Source: an uncultured Ignavibacteria bacterium
GTDB taxonomy: Bacteria > Bacteroidota > Ignavibacteria > Tepidaquicellales > OLB5
NCBI GenBank assembly: GCA_937873695.1
Contig: CALMYL010000017.1
Coordinates: forward strand, 143,214 to 207,213
Direction: 5' to 3'
Length of the DNA stretch: 64,000 nt
In this document: positions 39,381 to 49,123 of the stretch, piece by piece
How positions within the stretch are numbered: the first letter of the stretch is position 1
How the letters are laid out: the number at the start of each line of letters is the position of its first letter
Position numbers and translations under genes: made by a program
Notes under the pieces: model-generated
The model's database searches: none
The model's input: the letters and a program-made list of their open reading frames with translations, nothing else
Told to the model about the DNA's origin: nothing

Positions 39381-39915
39381 TATCGTAAATTCGGGTTGAA
39401 TTACTCATTCTTCCTTTGGCTATTTCTGAATAAATTTCACTAGAATTATCCTCTATGTACCATTTATCGCAAATTGGCATAAACATATTCAAGAGATTAT
39501 GCAGGCTTCTTTCGTATCTTCTTATTACAACATCTTTCGGAATATTATGACCTCCTTTTTTCACTCTATCCGCAATTCTGGCAAGTGCCAATTCAACAGA
39601 ATTCAGCCAGAAGTATAATAAAACGATCTTATATCTCTTTGCTTTAGCTTCTTTAATAATGTTAAGATAGCTCTTTGTTGTAAGTGTAGTTTCAAATGCA
39701 AATGTTGAACCCTCTGAAATAAGTTCTTTGATCCTGCTCAGCATAATTCTGCCGGCCTGGAATGAGACTGTTTCCGGCTGAAAAGGGGAGAGCCCAGCTG
39801 CTATTGAATCAGCATTCACAAATTCCTTACAATTCAAAAACTGTGGTAAAATAACATTTGCTGCTGTTGATTTACCTGCACCGTTGCATCCCGCAATAAC
39901 ATATATAGTTGGCAA
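39343..39915 (-). CDS. Zeta-toxin-like P-loop kinase (COG4185-type AAA ATPase)
   Basis: 190 aa. Walker A at the extreme N-terminus (IYVIAGCNGAGKST) and a zeta/UDP-GlcNAc-kinase-like layout. Confidence 0.68.
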   Translation of the reverse strand: MPTIYVIAGCNGAGKSTAANVILPQFLNCKEFVNADSIAAGLSPFQPETVSFQAGRIMLSRIKELISEGSTFAFETTLTTKSYLNIIKEAKAKRYKIVLLYFWLNSVELALARIADRVKKGGHNIPKDVVIRRYERSLHNLLNMFMPICDKWYIEDNSSEIYSEIAKGRMSNSTRIYDNEKWSIINDYKN

Positions 39916-40011
39916 TAATTGAAGGAAGAAATAATTAAATGAATTAACAAAGATAAAAAAAACTAATCAGATAAATTATCCCAGAATTTACTCACAAAAA
40001 ACGGGAAATCA

Positions 40012-40773
40012 TCAGGTGTTTTTAAATAATTCCTGGCTGCTGTAGCCTTTTTCGTAGAAAAGACTTGTACCGGCAACAACAAGTATTGGTTTCATAAATA
40101 CATTTATTACCGGCAGGAACAGAAGCAAAAAGGCAGTAAAACCGAATCCATAAGTCACAAGTTTACCTTTTCTGGTGACTTTTAATTTATCACGGAAACG
40201 CATTTTCTTCCTGGTCATGGGATAGTCAAGAAAATCCAGAGCATTATAGAAACTCGAAAATATAACGCCAATAATACTAGAAACAACTGATCCTGCAACA
40301 GGTATAAGGTTTAAAGAGAATATCAGCAGCAGTATAATTAAATAGAATGCCAGCTTCTGAACTTCACCTTTTATGCTGATGTACGCATCTTCCCAAAATC
40401 CCATTTTGTGAGCTTCTTTGGTACCGGTTACGATTTCTTCAACCCTTTGCGATATCTCTTCATTAAAAGGCGCCGTAATTACATTACCAAGTATTGTAAA
40501 TAGCAGATAGCAGAAAAACAGCAGCAGGATAAAACCAATTATCAGCAGGGCAGTATGCAGGAATTTCAGCCAGAAGCCGGCTTCGGTACTTTCTATTCCA
40601 AGCCAGCTTTCAATCGAACCTGTAAACCAGCTATATGATAAAATAAAAACGCTCCCATATATCAATAAATTGATCAGCATGGGAGCGATGGAATATTTAA
40701 TTAAAACGGAATGCGAGAAAAAGAATTTCAGACTTCTGAACGGGTATGTAAATCCGAAAAGAAAATCCTTCAT
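40012..40773 (-). CDS. EI24/CysZ-family membrane protein
   Basis: 253 aa with 4-5 TM helices. The N-terminal pattern FLFGFTYPFRSLKFFFSHSVLIKYSIAPMLINLLIY is typical of CysZ/EI24 proteins. Confidence 0.62.
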   Translation of the reverse strand: MKDFLFGFTYPFRSLKFFFSHSVLIKYSIAPMLINLLIYGSVFILSYSWFTGSIESWLGIESTEAGFWLKFLHTALLIIGFILLLFFCYLLFTILGNVITAPFNEEISQRVEEIVTGTKEAHKMGFWEDAYISIKGEVQKLAFYLIILLLIFSLNLIPVAGSVVSSIIGVIFSSFYNALDFLDYPMTRKKMRFRDKLKVTRKGKLVTYGFGFTAFLLLFLPVINVFMKPILVVAGTSLFYEKGYSSQELFKNT

Positions 40774-40792
40774 TAATTTTTCTCCGTTACAG

Positions 40793-41935
40793 TTATTTTA
40801 TTTTTTTGAACAGACTTACTAGGTCAAGTTTTTCCCATGTAAATTCTTTTTCATTTCTGCCAAAGTGGCCGTATGCAGCGGTCTTCCTGTAAATTGGCCT
40901 GCGAAGCTTTAATCTTTCCATGATACCTTTTGGGGTCAGATTAACATTCTTCTTTATGAATGCAGCAATCTTGTTATCAGCAACTCTTCCGGTACCATTG
41001 GTATCAACATAGATAGAAACCGGCTGTGCAACACCAATTGCATATGAAAGCTGTATCATACATTCTTTGGCAACCTTTGCCGCAACTATATTCTTTGCAA
41101 GATGTCTTGCTGCGTATGCTGCGCTTCTATCAACCTTGCTTGGATCTTTTCCTGAAAACGCGCCGCCGCCATGGGGAGCTTTTCCACCATAAGTATCAAC
41201 AATGATCTTTCTGCCTGTTAAGCCTGTATCGCCATGCGGTCCGCCAATTTCAAACTTTCCGGTTGGGTTAACGTGAATAACCGTTTTTTTATCAAGCAGT
41301 CTTGCGGGGATTACTTTCTTTATCACATTCTTCAATACATCAGCTTTGATCTTTGCCTGTGATACATTGGGATCATGCTGGGTTGAAATAACCACTGTAT
41401 CAACCCTTAAAGGCTTGTGATCATCGCTGTATTCAATGGTTACCTGTGATTTTGAATCAGGTCTTAAATACGGCATAAGTTTCAGGTTACGTTTTCTTAT
41501 ATCAGCAAGTTTTTTCACAAGCTTGTGAGCGTAAACCAAAGCCATAGGCATATATTCGGGAGTTTCGTTGGAAGCGTAACCGAACATCATTCCCTGGTCA
41601 CCTGCGCCGCCTGTATCAACACCCATTGCGATATCCGGTGATTGTTTGTTAATTGCTGACATTACATTTATTGAATGGAAGTCAAACCTGTAATCGCCTT
41701 TTGTGTAGCCTATTTCTTTTACAACGTTTCGTACCACTTTCTGAATATCAACATAATGAGTTGTTGTAATTTCGCCGCCAACAAGTACTAATCCTGTTGC
41801 GCAGAAAGTTTCGCATGCAACGCGTGCATATTTATCGTGCTTTAGAATATCATCTAATATTGCGTCTGATATCTGGTCGCATACTTTATCCGGATGTCCT
41901 TCGCTGACTGATTCCGATGTGAAAAAATAAGACAT
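40793..41935 (-). CDS. metK: S-adenosylmethionine synthase (methionine adenosyltransferase)
   Basis: 380 aa with [32 protein letters not shown] and [16 protein letters not shown]. Confidence 0.97.
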   Translation of the reverse strand: MSYFFTSESVSEGHPDKVCDQISDAILDDILKHDKYARVACETFCATGLVLVGGEITTTHYVDIQKVVRNVVKEIGYTKGDYRFDFHSINVMSAINKQSPDIAMGVDTGGAGDQGMMFGYASNETPEYMPMALVYAHKLVKKLADIRKRNLKLMPYLRPDSKSQVTIEYSDDHKPLRVDTVVISTQHDPNVSQAKIKADVLKNVIKKVIPARLLDKKTVIHVNPTGKFEIGGPHGDTGLTGRKIIVDTYGGKAPHGGGAFSGKDPSKVDRSAAYAARHLAKNIVAAKVAKECMIQLSYAIGVAQPVSIYVDTNGTGRVADNKIAAFIKKNVNLTPKGIMERLKLRRPIYRKTAAYGHFGRNEKEFTWEKLDLVSLFKKIK

Positions 41936-41971
41936 TTTTATCTCCTGAATATATTATTAGTTAAAATATTT

Positions 41972-43969
41972 TTATTTACTTGATTCCAATACCAATTCTG
42001 CAAAATCTTTTACTTTTACTTCTTCTGATTTTCCTTTTTCCTTAACGCCGTCAGTCAGCATTGTCATGCAGAAAGGACATGCGGTTGAAATAACATCCGG
42101 GTTTGTTTCCAGCGCGTCTTCAGTTCTTTCTATGTTCACCTTCTTGCCGATCTTCTCTTCCATCCACATTCTGCCGCCGCCTGCGCCGCAGCATAAGCCA
42201 CGGTCTTTGCTGCGTTTCATTTCGGCAAGCTCGCCATTATTGGTTTTTTTAATAAGCTCGCGGGGTTCTTCATAAATATCATTATACCTGCCAAGGTAAC
42301 ATGAATCATGGTATGTGATCTTCTTATCTGTTTTCTTGGATTCATCTATTTCTATTTTATTCTCAGCAACAAGTCCGTTTATAAACTCACTGTGATGCAC
42401 AACCTCATAGTCTCCGCCGAATTCTTTATACTCATTGCCGATTGTCTGCAGGCAATGCGGGCAGCTTACAAGTATCTTTTTGAAATTATACTTCTTCATC
42501 GTTTCAACATTCTCTTTTATCATCATTTGCGCTAAGAATTCATTGCCTAATCTGCGGGCGGAATCACCATTGCATTTTTCCTCGGTGCCAAGCACCGCGT
42601 AATTAACTTTTGCCTTATCAAGCAATGTTGCCACTGAACGTGTTACATTCTGGTACCTGGCATCAAATGAACCGGCGCAGCCAACCCAGTACAATACATC
42701 AAAATCATTTTTCTCAGCGGCAACAGGAACAGTGATATCCATACCTTCAGTCCATTTGAGTCTATCAGACTGCGGATAAGCCCACGGCGCGCCATTATTT
42801 TCCATATTGCCGAAAACTGTCATCAGTTCTTCCGGGAAGCGTGATTCACTTTGTACCAGGAAGCGCCTCATATCAACAATAGGATTAACATGCTCTATGT
42901 TTACGGGACACTCTTGCACACAAGCCATACAGCTAGTGCATGCCCAAAGCTCCGCATCTGTAATATAATGTTCTGAAATGAGCTTTTTGGCTTCAATTTC
43001 TGTGGGTATCTCTACTCCTGCCACAAGCATGGGAGCCTTCTCAGAAGTGCGCTCTCTTATATCCATAATTATCTTACGGGGCGAGAGCGGTTTGCCGGTT
43101 AAGTTAGCGGGACACACCGATGTGCATCTTCCGCACTCCGTGCAGGCGTAGCCGTCAAACATTTCCTTCCATGTAAGCTGCTCAATATCACCAGCACCAA
43201 GGAAAACATTTTCCTTTTCAAAATCAATTTCTTCAGTATCGAGGGTCTGTGGCCCGATCTTAGAAAGGTACACATTAGGAAGTGATGTTACTATATGGAA
43301 ATGTTTTGAGTAAGGCAGGTAATTCATAAAGGTGAGGATAATTACAATATGCCCCCACCAGAAAATATTATAGAATGTTACTTCATTTCCCTTAAACAGA
43401 AACATAAGATGTGATGCAATAAAGTGCGCTTTATAGTATGCTGCATATTCAGGGTGAATCACCTGTTTGGTTGCATTTACACCGTACATTGTCAGCATTA
43501 CGCCCATTATCATACATAAGATGAAAGTTGCGTCAGCGTTTGTATTTCCATCGCCTGTTAAGCGCTTGGGTTTTAAAACATATCTGCGGAAAAGCGCGTA
43601 TATTACTGAGAGGATTACCAGTAAGCCGAATATATCCTGCGAGGCAAAAAATACCTGTGAAACAGGGCCAAGCATTCCCAAAGAAAATGGCGTGTAGAAT
43701 CCCTGTATAAATGCCTCGAGTACAGCAGTAATCAGTACTAAGAATCCCCAAAATATCAGGGCATGCATTAACCCGGCAACAGGATCACGGAATATTTTCG
43801 CCTGCCCGATGCCGATACAAAGTACTTTCATTATACGTGTACCCACACCGCTAAAGCGGTCCTCACTTCTGCCAAGCATAAGGTAAGTGCGAATCCTTAA
43901 TAAATTGTAGGTAAACAGTGATAGTGCGGCAAGAAAGAGTACTATAAATACAATGTTTTGTATATGCAT
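41972..43969 (-). CDS. Membrane-anchored Fe-S oxidoreductase (N-terminal multi-TM domain + 2x[4Fe-4S] ferredoxin domain + two CCG domains; HdrD/GlpC/DsrMK-like fusion)
   Basis: 665 aa with about 6 N-terminal TM helices. Cluster motifs CTECGRCTSVCP and CTSCMACVQECP. CCG-type cysteine motifs VGCAGSFD...CPHC and YHDSCYLGR...CCGAGGG...CPFC. Confidence 0.8.
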   Translation of the reverse strand: MHIQNIVFIVLFLAALSLFTYNLLRIRTYLMLGRSEDRFSGVGTRIMKVLCIGIGQAKIFRDPVAGLMHALIFWGFLVLITAVLEAFIQGFYTPFSLGMLGPVSQVFFASQDIFGLLVILSVIYALFRRYVLKPKRLTGDGNTNADATFILCMIMGVMLTMYGVNATKQVIHPEYAAYYKAHFIASHLMFLFKGNEVTFYNIFWWGHIVIILTFMNYLPYSKHFHIVTSLPNVYLSKIGPQTLDTEEIDFEKENVFLGAGDIEQLTWKEMFDGYACTECGRCTSVCPANLTGKPLSPRKIIMDIRERTSEKAPMLVAGVEIPTEIEAKKLISEHYITDAELWACTSCMACVQECPVNIEHVNPIVDMRRFLVQSESRFPEELMTVFGNMENNGAPWAYPQSDRLKWTEGMDITVPVAAEKNDFDVLYWVGCAGSFDARYQNVTRSVATLLDKAKVNYAVLGTEEKCNGDSARRLGNEFLAQMMIKENVETMKKYNFKKILVSCPHCLQTIGNEYKEFGGDYEVVHHSEFINGLVAENKIEIDESKKTDKKITYHDSCYLGRYNDIYEEPRELIKKTNNGELAEMKRSKDRGLCCGAGGGRMWMEEKIGKKVNIERTEDALETNPDVISTACPFCMTMLTDGVKEKGKSEEVKVKDFAELVLESSK

Positions 43970-44075
43970 GGTGCAAAATTATTGAAAAATGAGGAAAATA
44001 TAAAGGGAATAGGTAATTTATTATTCATTTTGGAAAGAAAAGCCGTGAAACCATTAATCTTGAAAAATGATTGAA

Positions 44076-44106
44076 TTGAATGTGCCCAAAATAAAGAGTA
44101 TTTTTG
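44076..44106 (+). promoter_or_regulatory. lon promoter (TTGAAT-N17-TATTTTTG)
   Basis: TTG at 44076-44078, 20 nt, then TATTTTTG at 44099-44106. The motif ends 7 nt before the lon ATG at 44114, the same geometry as aspS. Confidence 0.5.
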
Positions 44107-44113
44107 TAATATT

Positions 44114-46639
44114 ATGAGTGAATTTAAAGAAAACGAAGTTTCAAAGATTGTCACAGATACAAACGAAAATATCGCGCAGGATATTCCTGAAGAAACCGGG
44201 ACTGAAGTTGATTTAAAGTCCGCAGATGAGACCAAAATTGACAGCAAAAATGACCTTCCGAAATTATTACCGGTAGTGCCGTTAAGAGATATTGTTATTT
44301 TCCCCTACATGATGTATCCAATATTGGCAGGACGAGAGTCCACCATAAGCGCGATAAATTTCGCGCTTGATAAAGATAAATATGTGATGCTGCTGACTCA
44401 AAAGGACCATAAAGCGGAAGAAGCGGAAACAAATAATCTTTATGAGTTCGGAACTGTTGCGAAAATACTGCAGGTTATTAAATTGCCGAACAACCTGATA
44501 AAAGTGCTTGTAGATGGTATTGCGCAGGCAAAAGTAAACAATTTCAGGAAAAACACTTTTATTGAAGCGGATATTGAATACGTATTTCCTCCAATAGAAG
44601 AATCAACCGAGCTTAATGCGCTTATAAGGCAGGCCACGAAATTATTCAATGATTACGTAACTAATCACAGGGGTGTTGCACAGGAATCCCTGATGGCGTA
44701 TGAAAACATTAAAGAACCGGACAGAAAGCTTTATTACATAGCCTCTACCATATTGGTATCTATACAGCGAAAGCAGAGACTGCTTGAAATTTCATCCTTG
44801 AAAGAGCAATATTATGAATTGATAGATATCTTAAGCTCGGAGATAGAGATCTTTAAAGTTGAAAAGGATATTGAAACGAAGATCAACCAGAGCATGCAGA
44901 AGAACCAGCGTAGGTTCATTGTGCAGGAGCAGATAAGGATACTTCAGGAGGAATTAAACGACGAGGATGAGACTGACCCTGATTTTATGAAGCTCAAAGA
45001 TGCCATTCAGCAATCCAAAATGCCGAAGGATGTTAAGGAAAAGGCTATGGAAGAATTCCAGAAGCTTAAAAAGATCCCTCCGATGTCACCCGAGGCTACA
45101 GTATCACGCAATTTCCTTGACTGGATGGTTAGCGTTCCCTGGAAAACATACACAAAGGATAATCTGAATATTGAGCATGCGAAGGAAATTCTTGATGAGG
45201 ACCATTTTGGACTGGAAAAGCCCAAAGAAAGAATACTGGAGCATATCGCGATACTGAATAACCTTGAAACAATAAACAGGGCAAAGAAAAACCGCTCTGA
45301 AGTTAAAGCAAGAGCCCAGATATTATGCCTTGTAGGTCCGCCCGGAGTTGGTAAAACATCCCTTGGAAAATCAATTGCAAAGGCGCTAGACAGAAAATTC
45401 GTCAGGATATCACTTGGCGGCGTAAGGGATGAAGCCGAAATCCGGGGCCACCGCAGAACATATATAGGCTCAATGCCCGGAAAAATAATCCAATCAATGC
45501 GAAAAGCAGGAACAAATAACCCTGTAATACTGATGGATGAGATCGATAAAATGGGCATGGATTTCCGCGGGGATCCCGCAAGCGCGCTGCTTGAAGCGCT
45601 TGATCCTGAGCAGAATAACACGTTTAACGATCATTACCTGGATGTTGATTACGACCTTTCCAGAGTGCTGTTTATCACTACCGCAAATGTGCAGTACCAG
45701 ATACCGCTTCCGCTGCAGGACAGGATGGAAATTATCCAGATGCCCGGTTACCTGGAACATGAAAAGCTTGAAATTGCAAAACGCCACATTGTGGCAAAGC
45801 TTCTTACCGAGCACGGTCTAACCGGTGAGGAAGTAATTATACCGGATTCATCGATCAGGAAAATAATAAATGAGTATACCCGCGAAGCGGGTGTTAGGAA
45901 TCTTGAGCGCGAAATCGCTTCCCTGATGAGGAAAATTACCAAGGAAATTGTCTTAAATAAAATTAAAGCTAACGGATCGGTTAAAAAAGATAAAAAACCT
46001 TTGACCGTTACTTCGGAATTGATAGAAAAATACCTTGGCGTACCGAAGTTTAAAGAAAAGCAGGCCGATAAGGAAGATAAAGTAGGCACTGCTGTAGGGC
46101 TGGCATGGACTTCAATGGGAGGCGATATCCTTGATATTGAAGTTTCAGTTATGCCCGGTAAAGAAAAGCTTACATTAACGGGTCAGCTTGGCGATGTAAT
46201 GAAAGAATCAGCCTTAGCCGGATTTACGTATATAAGAAGTAACTCAAAGAAATTCGGCTTAGCCGGTAATTTCTTTAACGGCAAAGAAATTCACATTCAT
46301 ATACCTGAAGGCGGGATACCAAAAGATGGTCCTTCGGCGGGTATCACGATGACAATTGCAATGATCTCAGCACTTACGGGCAACCCGACACGCAGCGATG
46401 TAGCTATGACCGGGGAGATAACCCTGCGCGGTGAGATACTGCCGATAGGGGGATTGAATGAAAAACTGCTAGCTGCACAAAGAAGCGGAATCAAAAAAGT
46501 ACTTATACCGAATGAAAATGTTAAGGACTTAAAAGAAATTTCCGATAAGATAAAAAAGGGTCTGGAAATTGTTAGTGTAGAAAAGCTTGATGAAGCATTA
46601 ACCCATATCTTTAAGAAAAAATTTGTTAAGAAGAAATAG
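44114..46639 (+). CDS. lon: ATP-dependent Lon protease (endopeptidase La)
   Basis: 841 aa. Lon N-domain (LPVVPLRDIVIFPYM), Walker A GPPGVGKTS, and the protease active-site segment PKDGPSAGITM. Confidence 0.97.
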   Translation: MSEFKENEVSKIVTDTNENIAQDIPEETGTEVDLKSADETKIDSKNDLPKLLPVVPLRDIVIFPYMMYPILAGRESTISAINFALDKDKYVMLLTQKDHKAEEAETNNLYEFGTVAKILQVIKLPNNLIKVLVDGIAQAKVNNFRKNTFIEADIEYVFPPIEESTELNALIRQATKLFNDYVTNHRGVAQESLMAYENIKEPDRKLYYIASTILVSIQRKQRLLEISSLKEQYYELIDILSSEIEIFKVEKDIETKINQSMQKNQRRFIVQEQIRILQEELNDEDETDPDFMKLKDAIQQSKMPKDVKEKAMEEFQKLKKIPPMSPEATVSRNFLDWMVSVPWKTYTKDNLNIEHAKEILDEDHFGLEKPKERILEHIAILNNLETINRAKKNRSEVKARAQILCLVGPPGVGKTSLGKSIAKALDRKFVRISLGGVRDEAEIRGHRRTYIGSMPGKIIQSMRKAGTNNPVILMDEIDKMGMDFRGDPASALLEALDPEQNNTFNDHYLDVDYDLSRVLFITTANVQYQIPLPLQDRMEIIQMPGYLEHEKLEIAKRHIVAKLLTEHGLTGEEVIIPDSSIRKIINEYTREAGVRNLEREIASLMRKITKEIVLNKIKANGSVKKDKKPLTVTSELIEKYLGVPKFKEKQADKEDKVGTAVGLAWTSMGGDILDIEVSVMPGKEKLTLTGQLGDVMKESALAGFTYIRSNSKKFGLAGNFFNGKEIHIHIPEGGIPKDGPSAGITMTIAMISALTGNPTRSDVAMTGEITLRGEILPIGGLNEKLLAAQRSGIKKVLIPNENVKDLKEISDKIKKGLEIVSVEKLDEALTHIFKKKFVKKK

Positions 46640-46654
46640 GGTAATGCAGCAGAA

Positions 46655-46692
46655 TAAAAAAAGGCGGTCAATTGGTTGACCGCCTTTTGTTT
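46655..46692. terminator. Bidirectional rho-independent terminator after lon and after the last beta-barrel gene
   Basis: A7-GGCGGTCA-attggt-TGACCGCC-TTTTGTTT. On the minus strand the same hairpin is followed by T7. Confidence 0.8.
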
Positions 46693-46708
46693 AACCGCCT
46701 TTTGTTTA
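46679..46708. repeat. Perfect 15-bp tandem duplication (ACCGCCTTTTGTTTA x2) of the terminator 3' arm plus U-tract
   Basis: Read directly: 46679-46693 and 46694-46708 are identical. Confidence 0.9.
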
Positions 46709-46719
46709 ACAAAAAATTT

Positions 46720-47580
46720 TTATCTCTCAGGTACCTTGTACTTCATTTCCTTCACCCCAAAGAAATAACTGAACCCGAAGTTCAGGTTGAAGTATGCAAA
46801 CTGTTTCCAGCCCGCAAATTCGATCGGTTCGGTTGATGCATCATCATTCAGGCCTACTATTGATGTAGGCGGATCGGAGACTTCATCCTGCTCGGGAGTC
46901 TCGCTCTTTTTCAGAAGCAGGTTTGCGTGTGTGAACTTTATACCGAGATTTAAACCAAAATTCTTTTCTATTGCATACTCAAGCCCGAAAAAAGCCTGGT
47001 AGCCTATCCTCATGCTGTTCTTAATTGTTATATCAACCCTGTTGTTATCCGGATTGGTGATTTCAGCTTTGCCTGAAATGAAACTTAAAAGCGGGTTTGC
47101 TCCGAAGTAATACTTCACATTGTGCGACGGTGTTATGTTGTACTCCAAACCAACTCCGCCATTGATGGAGTTGTATGAAACCTTTCCTTCTTCAGTATTC
47201 TTCGCGAAAATATCGCTCTGGAATCTGTCAAACCCTGAAACGATATCAAGCCAGAAATTCCCTTTTTTGTTCAGAGGTAATTTTCCTATAAGGCTGAACC
47301 CAAAACCGTTCCTTGCAGCATAATTCTTGCCTGTTGTGAAATCATTTCTGCTGAAGCCGCCGTTATGGCTGGTAAGCTCCATTGCGCCTGTATTAAGTCC
47401 TGCGTTAAAATGAAGAATGAACTTTGGTATAGTTTTTACCTTAACGATAGTAATTGTCTTCGTTTTTTGTATCTTTATGGTATCAACCTTGATAGTAAAT
47501 GAAGTATCCTGCGACTTTATAAAAGTGCAGGAAAATAATACCAAGATCAAAACTAATATTTTACCCGGATGTTTCTTCAT
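46720..47580 (-). CDS. Outer-membrane beta-barrel protein, paralog D of a four-member family
   Basis: 286 aa with a signal peptide. It shares motifs with the three other paralogs: GKLPLNKKGNFWL, GGVGLEYNITP, IKNSMRIGYQAFFGLEY, FAGWKQF, and the C-terminal aromatic strand FGFSYFFGVKE. Confidence 0.6.
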   Translation of the reverse strand: MKKHPGKILVLILVLFSCTFIKSQDTSFTIKVDTIKIQKTKTITIVKVKTIPKFILHFNAGLNTGAMELTSHNGGFSRNDFTTGKNYAARNGFGFSLIGKLPLNKKGNFWLDIVSGFDRFQSDIFAKNTEEGKVSYNSINGGVGLEYNITPSHNVKYYFGANPLLSFISGKAEITNPDNNRVDITIKNSMRIGYQAFFGLEYAIEKNFGLNLGIKFTHANLLLKKSETPEQDEVSDPPTSIVGLNDDASTEPIEFAGWKQFAYFNLNFGFSYFFGVKEMKYKVPER

Positions 47581-47626
47581 TAAATTTTTATTATGCCGTC
47601 TTTTTATCTTATGGAGCTTAATTCAG

Positions 47627-48457
47627 TTACTTTTTATTTTTCATCCCGAAGTAAAAATTCACGCCTGCGTAGAATGAGCTGTACAGGAACTGTTTCCAGC
47701 CTGCGTATTGAATTGATTCTCCGGCGCTAATTTTATCGTCATTAAGATATGTTTCGTTAAGTACTGATGAAACCTGGGACTTTTTGCCCAGAATATTTGC
47801 GTGTGTAAGCTTGTAACCAAGGTTCATTCCCACTTTATTATTGAATGCATATTCAAAACCCAGATTTATTGTTGCGCCAAATCTAAGTGAATTTTTTATT
47901 TTAAGTTCAAAGTCCGTTGTATCTGTGGCAAATATGGCATTGCCGCTTATGAGGCTTGCCACCAGCTCAAAACCTATATATGGTTTAAATTTTTTCTGTG
48001 GAGTGAAATTGTTTTCTATACCCAGACCCCCTGAAAAAACATTGTAACCTACTTTTCCTTCCGGTGATTCTGATATTACAAAATTACTGAGGAACCTGTT
48101 GTAACCTGCGGTTACATTTAGCCTAACATTTCCTGCCTTGTGAAGCGATATCTTACCCGTCAGTGAAGCGCCGTAACCATACCTTGTGCCAAAGTTTGCT
48201 CCGGAAATGAAATCATCTTTCCTGAAGTATGTGTTTTCGTTTGCAGCGAGATCAAGATGCCCGATATTGTAATTAAAGCTAAGCTGCAGTGTGACTTTCG
48301 GGGCTTTGCCATTTTTAAGCATGTTAAGGATCTTTGTTGTGGCTATAGAATTGTAAGCAGTATCTTTGGAGGATACTTTGGAAGTAACATCCTGTGAGCG
48401 CAGTATCACGGTGCAGGAAAAAATCAGAAGTAATATGTAAATAGTCCTTATTCTCAT
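47627..48457 (-). CDS. Outer-membrane beta-barrel protein, paralog C
   Basis: 276 aa with a signal peptide. Motifs GKISLHKAGNVRLNVTAGYNRF, GGLGIENNFTP, IKNSLRFGATINLGFEY, YAGWKQF, GVNFYFGMK. Confidence 0.6.
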   Translation of the reverse strand: MRIRTIYILLLIFSCTVILRSQDVTSKVSSKDTAYNSIATTKILNMLKNGKAPKVTLQLSFNYNIGHLDLAANENTYFRKDDFISGANFGTRYGYGASLTGKISLHKAGNVRLNVTAGYNRFLSNFVISESPEGKVGYNVFSGGLGIENNFTPQKKFKPYIGFELVASLISGNAIFATDTTDFELKIKNSLRFGATINLGFEYAFNNKVGMNLGYKLTHANILGKKSQVSSVLNETYLNDDKISAGESIQYAGWKQFLYSSFYAGVNFYFGMKNKK

Positions 48458-48466
48458 TGAATAATT

Positions 48467-48916
48467 CTAGTTCTTTTTTGTTACTACAAAAGCATCTGTG
48501 TAACCCTTTGAACGGGCAATTTCAACAAACTTTATTGCCTCAGCCCTGTTCCCATATCTGCCGATCCTCACTTTGTATAGATTGCCGGAGAGTTCGTAAT
48601 AAACCTCTTCGCCTAAAACCTGCTTTGCCCTTTCAAGGAAATTTTCGAAATTAGACTGCATTGAAAATGCGCCGATCTGCACAATATAACTGTAGGTCTC
48701 TTTAGTGTTATCCTTTATATTGTCTTTGTCGTTTTTATCCTGTTTTATTTTATCATCGTTAAGGGTAATTTTTTTGATTGTGTCAATTTTGACAGTTTTT
48801 TCGGTGTAATCAACTTTGTAAGTTTCTACTTCATACTCTCCTGAAGAGCATGCTGAAAAATAGAATGCCAAGAAAACAGAAAAAATTGACAGGTATATTT
48901 TTAGGAATTTTAGCAT
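48467..48916 (-). CDS. SPOR-domain lipoprotein (peptidoglycan-binding), copy A
   Basis: 149 aa with a lipobox (YFSACSSG), a low-complexity Lys/Asp linker, and a C-terminal SPOR domain YIVQIGAFSMQSNFENFLERAK...LYKVRIGRYGNRAEAIKFVEIARSKGYTDAFVV. Confidence 0.75.
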   Translation of the reverse strand: MLKFLKIYLSIFSVFLAFYFSACSSGEYEVETYKVDYTEKTVKIDTIKKITLNDDKIKQDKNDKDNIKDNTKETYSYIVQIGAFSMQSNFENFLERAKQVLGEEVYYELSGNLYKVRIGRYGNRAEAIKFVEIARSKGYTDAFVVTKKN

Positions 48917-49058
48917 AATTTTCTAAATCAATATAAGCCATAATCTTAAGAAAAACAAGACTAGTAAAGAGTTAATTTAAAAAAAAACCATAACTCTTTA
49001 TAAATAAAGCAGTTATATTAGCAAGAAAATCGGGCAAAAAATCAAAAATTGAAAACAC

Positions 49059-49101
49059 AAAAAAAATAGGTTAGCCAAAAGTAACAATTTCAGCTAACCT
49101 A
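49059..49101 (-). terminator. Rho-independent terminator after beta-barrel paralog B
   Basis: The minus strand shows the stem TAGGTTAGC ... GCTAACCTA (9 bp, 17-nt loop) followed by T8. Confidence 0.65.
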
Positions 49102-49123
49102 TATATTCTCTTTTAAAACGGAA

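Noticed and set aside
41936-41971. A possible SAM riboswitch upstream of metK, and a SAH riboswitch upstream of ahcY at 4283-4292
   Set aside because: The upstream spacers are only 36 nt and 10 nt. That is far too short for either riboswitch, and no conserved riboswitch cores are seen.
45007-45621. A 204-aa minus-strand ORF, plus similar long ORFs at 8248-8730, 29192-29755, 35141-35638, 4270-4626, 56728-57054, 5778-6104, 6375-6710, 46297-46671 and others
   Set aside because: Each lies entirely antisense to a confidently identified gene (lon, hldA, M16 peptidase, mlaE, mazF-like, htrA, aspS). Their compositions are low-complexity and Ser/Leu/Phe/Ile-rich, typical of shadow frames in AT-rich DNA.
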